Below are positions 60,278 to 64,000 of a stretch of 64,000 bases of DNA, in pieces; within the stretch, counting starts at the first letter, position 1, and each line of letters opens with the position of its first letter. Source of the stretch: Macrostomum lignano (Eukaryota). The stretch covers positions 529,153 to 593,152 of the forward strand of contig NIVC01000237.1 of assembly GCA_002269645.1 (NCBI GenBank), read 5' to 3'. The position numbers and the translations under genes are program-made. The notes under the pieces are model-generated. The model ran no database searches, was not told where the DNA came from, and was given only the letters and a program-made list of their open reading frames with translations.

Positions 60278-60802
60278 TCAGCGGGGGTCGAATGGGAGAC
60301 TCACACCTAGCAAGTAAACCTTTTCTGTTCGATAATCTATGATAGCATGCGTACTGGCTAGAAAAGCACTACCCAGGAGGGAAACTGCTGCTGAATTGCC
60401 AACGACCAGAAAGAGGATTCTCACCTCTTCTAGCCCAATAACTGCTGTGAGGGTGGCCTGGCCTAGCATCTCTAATTCATTGCCCGTGTAGGACACGGCC
60501 TTCACACATGGGGGCTCCAGGGCCTCCACACTCTGTCCGGTAATTTTAGTAAAGTCTTTGACTGTTAGCAAAGACAGCGCACTGCCCCCATCTACCAGGA
60601 GGCGGGTGGGAACATTCTCAATTGGCAACTCTACAACAATATCTCTCCCGCGTTGTCCTCCAGCTGGTCGTGGCTGATAGAAATCGGGTACCTTCTCAAA
60701 TCTAAACTTCTTGCTGGGCGGACGTGGCAGGTTAAGCTGGGCCCTAGAGAGGGAACGGGGCTGAGTTCGGGCCGGGCCATTCAGCCCTCCCACGGGTTTC
60801 CC
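60278..60802 (-). CDS. Retropepsin-like aspartic protease, overlapping the gag 3' end in another frame
   Basis: PTRLLVDGGSALSLL (D-G-G in place of D-[ST]-G), AVSYTGNELEMLG and SLLGSAFL..AIIDY. Stops at 60278 with no RT downstream. Confidence 0.82.
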   Translation of the reverse strand, partial: GKPVGGLNGPARTQPRSLSRAQLNLPRPPSKKFRFEKVPDFYQPRPAGGQRGRDIVVELPIENVPTRLLVDGGSALSLLTVKDFTKITGQSVEALEPPCVKAVSYTGNELEMLGQATLTAVIGLEEVRILFLVVGNSAAVSLLGSAFLASTHAIIDYRTEKVYLLGVSLPFDPR

Positions 60803-62225
60803 GAACCCGGGGCTCTTCAGGCGTGGAAGGAGGAGGCATCAGAGCTTGCGCGCGCAGCTGGGCGAGCCTCTCCTGCCTCTCCCTGGTAGCCTCGTCTAAC
60901 ATATCTCTGCCCCACTCCTCTAAATCTTGCCTATGGCGATCAGGTGGCGCACGAAGCTGCAATTGCTGCTGCTGCACACCCGGCGCCGGCGGCGTGGGCG
61001 CCTCCTGAATTGCAAGCGGCGGGGGCTGGGGTTGGCGCCAGTTCCTACTGCTATTAGAGCCGCCCTGCCCCTGCCTCCAGTTCCTGTTGGGAGTGGCGGG
61101 GCGAGGGGGCCTCATCTGCTGGGGCAGCTGGGCAACAGACTCTGCTGTCGCCTTCATAGTTTCATTGAGCTGCACCAGCTGGTTGCGCAGATCCTTTTGC
61201 GTTTGCTCTAGCGCGCCCAACCTCTCTTGCATCTCTGATAGGCCGTCACCGTCCTCCTCCGTCTCGTCAGCTTCCTGGTTCACCATCCTGACCCACTTGC
61301 GAGGGGGCCTGGGTGGCTGCTGAGGTTGCAGACGGACTTCGGTGCGGGACTCAGACCTGGGCGGGCCACTACTGTCCCATTTCCCGGCTAAGTCTGCGGC
61401 TTCTAACAGGGCTTGCTGCTGTTCTAACACCTGCTCAATTGTCTGCCAGCGACGGCTCAACAGATCTTGTCTGACCTGGCGGGGGAGCTTAGCGTGTTCC
61501 AAGTAGGTGTACACGATTTCTTGTTCTCTCTGCTCACCCTGAATCTGAGGAAACATGGCCGTTATCTGAGATCTTATCATAGCAGCAAAAGCACTATGTG
61601 ATTGGCCGGGTTTCTGGCTCAGATTCTTCAGCTTATTTCTCTTAGCCAGATCAGTGTTGGCCTCGCCCAACTGCTCTCCTAATCTAGATACGAACTGCTC
61701 AAAGGGCAATTGCCCGTCCAATCCTAAGGTTAAGTTCTGAAATTCACCTGGGAGGTGCGAGATGAGCACCTGCTTCCTAGCCTGATCTCCTACAGTTCTC
61801 TCCGCGTCCAGCTTGTAGATCATTCTCTCTACCCATTGCACAAAACAGTGTTCGCCGGGAGAGTACTTTTCTACGTAGATTTTCGGCCTCTGGGCGTCTT
61901 GGCCCATGTTTAGCTGGTTAAACGCATTGGCTATAGCAGCAACTAAGTCTCCTAGCTGCGGGACTGCCTGAGGAGGATTCTGGGCTGCGTCCGGGGGAGC
62001 AGCGGCGGCTGCTGCGTCACCCTGATTGGGAGCGGGAGCTGCTACTCCTTCATCTGGTTCCTCAACTACTACTGCTTCTGGAGGCTGAGGGACCTGGTTA
62101 CCAGCGGCTGCGGCCATTGCGGCTGCGGGGGCGGCAGCTGCTGGGGTGTCAGCGGCCGAGGGTGGTTGACCAGGGGCGTCTGCGCACACAGCTTCTACGA
62201 CCCTATCTCCACGCGCCCGTGACAT
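60744..62225 (-). CDS. Ty3/gypsy-type Gag (capsid) protein, 493 aa
   Basis: Uninterrupted ORF: Ala/Pro-rich N-terminus, capsid-like core (VEKYSPG..FVQWVERM..LKNLSQKPGQSHSAFAAMIRSQ..FP), coiled coil, and no CCHC knuckle. It lies directly upstream of a retropepsin ORF. Confidence 0.82.
   Translation of the reverse strand: MSRARGDRVVEAVCADAPGQPPSAADTPAAAAPAAAMAAAAGNQVPQPPEAVVVEEPDEGVAAPAPNQGDAAAAAAPPDAAQNPPQAVPQLGDLVAAIANAFNQLNMGQDAQRPKIYVEKYSPGEHCFVQWVERMIYKLDAERTVGDQARKQVLISHLPGEFQNLTLGLDGQLPFEQFVSRLGEQLGEANTDLAKRNKLKNLSQKPGQSHSAFAAMIRSQITAMFPQIQGEQREQEIVYTYLEHAKLPRQVRQDLLSRRWQTIEQVLEQQQALLEAADLAGKWDSSGPPRSESRTEVRLQPQQPPRPPRKWVRMVNQEADETEEDGDGLSEMQERLGALEQTQKDLRNQLVQLNETMKATAESVAQLPQQMRPPRPATPNRNWRQGQGGSNSSRNWRQPQPPPLAIQEAPTPPAPGVQQQQLQLRAPPDRHRQDLEEWGRDMLDEATRERQERLAQLRAQALMPPPSTPEEPRVRETRGRAEWPGPNSAPFPL
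60758..60802 (-). promoter_or_regulatory. -1 ribosomal frameshift cassette (GGGAAAC, 8-nt spacer, 7-bp hairpin)
   Basis: Heptamer at 60796-60802. Stem arms GGGCTGA (60781-60787) and TCAGCCC (60758-60764) with a 16-nt loop. Confidence 0.7.
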
Positions 62226-63618
62226 GTGAATGCCGGATAGCTGGGGGAGTACCCACTACCGGGAAGGAAAAGAAAAGAAAACCGGGGCAACTACAGGTAA
62301 AGACCGAAAAGTTGACCCGAAACACACAAACACAGACAAAACTCACACACTTGCGGCGTCGAAGAAAACAATTGAAAAACGGGTGGCTCCACATAATTCC
62401 ATTTAGGCAGTCCTAACGGCTTCACTCGGCAAAGCACACTGACTCAAACTGCGGCTACCACTACCAGTTGTCTATGGCACATCCTGACAGGGAAAAATTG
62501 GCTATTCAGAGAGACTTGACCTTCATTTTGCGGCCATGCTAGGGAACCCAAATGCCGACCGTAAACGGACTTACGGCACCTGTACAAATTCTCCCTAGGG
62601 TTGCGCGCCGGACCCCATTTCCTTAAGAAAGCTACTACGAAGAAGCGTTGGCGCCTGGACCCAAAAACCCAAGTGGCGGGAGCAATCCCCATGGAGGTCC
62701 TCCCACTTTACTGCCCTTGCACAGCCGGAAAACCGTCGGAGTCCAGTGGGGCTTCCACCTCAGGACTACCAATCTTGTACACGCAGCTTCACAAAAGGCG
62801 GGAATCCAGCTCCCCTACGTCTAGCAGAATCCACAAAAACCAAGACCTCCCCCTTCTGTTCAGAGCGAAGGCGCGCAGCGGGAGTCCAGACTAAACTGTC
62901 CCCGAAGTTTTCAGGTTAGGCGGATTACAAGCCTGAAACTCTCGCCCGCTTTCCTAGGATAAACAGACCTAAGTGAGTATCTTCCTGAAATGCTTGCCCC
63001 TCCGATACTCCACCTTTGCTGCAGCTCGAAATAGCATACTTGGGACCTTTATCTGATGGCGGAGAAAGTCCTACAGTTGTCAGCCTCTCCACTTTACTGT
63101 ACTTGAACGCCCGGTTCTACCAGGAGACAGCGGTACCTCCATCTAGGTTATTCCAAGTTGCCAGAGACGTCAACCCGTCTTATTGACCTTGCGGGGCACT
63201 GGGGTGGCACTCTATGTACCGGGGCTTTACATTAGGGGACTGCATGCAACCTGCGTCTAAGCGCTTAGTGGGCTGCAGTGGCCAGAGGGAAAAGAGTTGC
63301 GGCAATAGCGCCTTCCTGGGCCAGGCTGACAAGTCGGGCAGGAGCGCCGTTCTACCGGGTCGGGCTGATTGGCACACCCACCTCCCCTATCAGACTGACA
63401 GCAGGGGGGAGGAATTACTAAAGGAGGAGAATGCAGCAGGAAACATTACGAGATCACTGGGGGCCACCAGACTTCCAGTACACCATTCCAATACTCACTG
63501 AACTCCACTATCAATAGGATACTATGGGATCTACTATTTCCAGCCACTGCACCAGCCCAAATGCAACAAAGCAGTTACTACCGGGTCTGCAATACAGTGG
63601 GGAGAGTCAGCAGACACG

Positions 63619-63648
63619 TTGGGATCGAATCCCAGCGTGAAGGCACCA
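63619..63648 (-). other. tRNA-3'-end-like sequence, candidate primer-binding site
   Basis: The plus strand reads TTGGGATCGAATCCCAGCGTGAAGGCACCA (T-arm-like hairpin plus CCA). The minus strand begins TGGTGCC, in the same orientation as gag and 1.4 kb upstream of it. Confidence 0.4.
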
Positions 63649-64000
63649 GGTTACCGCAGAATTCAGCGTCCGGCTGATCGCAGGTATTCCATAGGAGGTG
63701 ACACTTTTTTTAGCCGAGATTTTTGATGTCACACTGATACCCTACAGAGATACAATCACACCGCTATTCCCATTCCTGCGAGACTTTGGTATCTCCCAAT
63801 GTTTCCAAGGCCATGACTACTGCTTCCCTTACTATGCAATATATAGCGAGTTCCCGCATAGCCCTTGATAGCTGTTCATTCTAATGGACAAACAAAACGC
63901 TCCGGTCTCTACGCATTTCTAGGATTAACTGAGCGATCAGGGAGAGCGACTGTTACACTCCCCGAGTAAAAGAAAGAGGTAGGACAAAGGAAAGAAATGC

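Noticed and set aside
54388-64000. One complete LTR retrotransposon spanning the right end of the window
   Set aside because: The sequence next to the candidate PBS does not match the 54388-55260 module, so no LTR pair can be shown inside the window.

Overview
Eukaryotic genomic window with GT-AG introns, GC-rich exons and AT-rich or minisatellite-filled introns. The style suggests a flatworm such as Macrostomum, which is inference only. Five spliced host genes were reconstructed by hand: ALDH1L (10-formyl-THF dehydrogenase, minus, 10 exons), TTC12 (plus, 6 exons), an uncharacterised 4-exon gene (plus), CCT4 (plus, 7 exons, 9.7-kb first intron) and a secreted PAN/apple + fibrinogen-C protein (plus, 4 exons). 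Most long introns carry their own minisatellite, and these produce most of the spurious ORFs in the track. Mobile DNA includes an apparently intact 7.3-kb hAT-type transposon (16-bp TIRs, 7-bp TSD) inside CCT4 intron 1. Its spliced 1158-aa transposase ends in an RG-repeat tract and a spindlin-like Tudor domain. A 2.9-kb deleted relative with its own 7-bp TSD lies upstream of the ALDH1L coding exons. Also present are a deleted DIRS-order retroelement with a SAP-domain Gag, a probable Crypton remnant, and a Ty3/gypsy-type gag-protease unit with a GGGAAAC + hairpin frameshift cassette but no RT or integrase, a PEG10-like layout. All exon coordinates were counted manually and family calls rest on recalled motifs, not on database searches.
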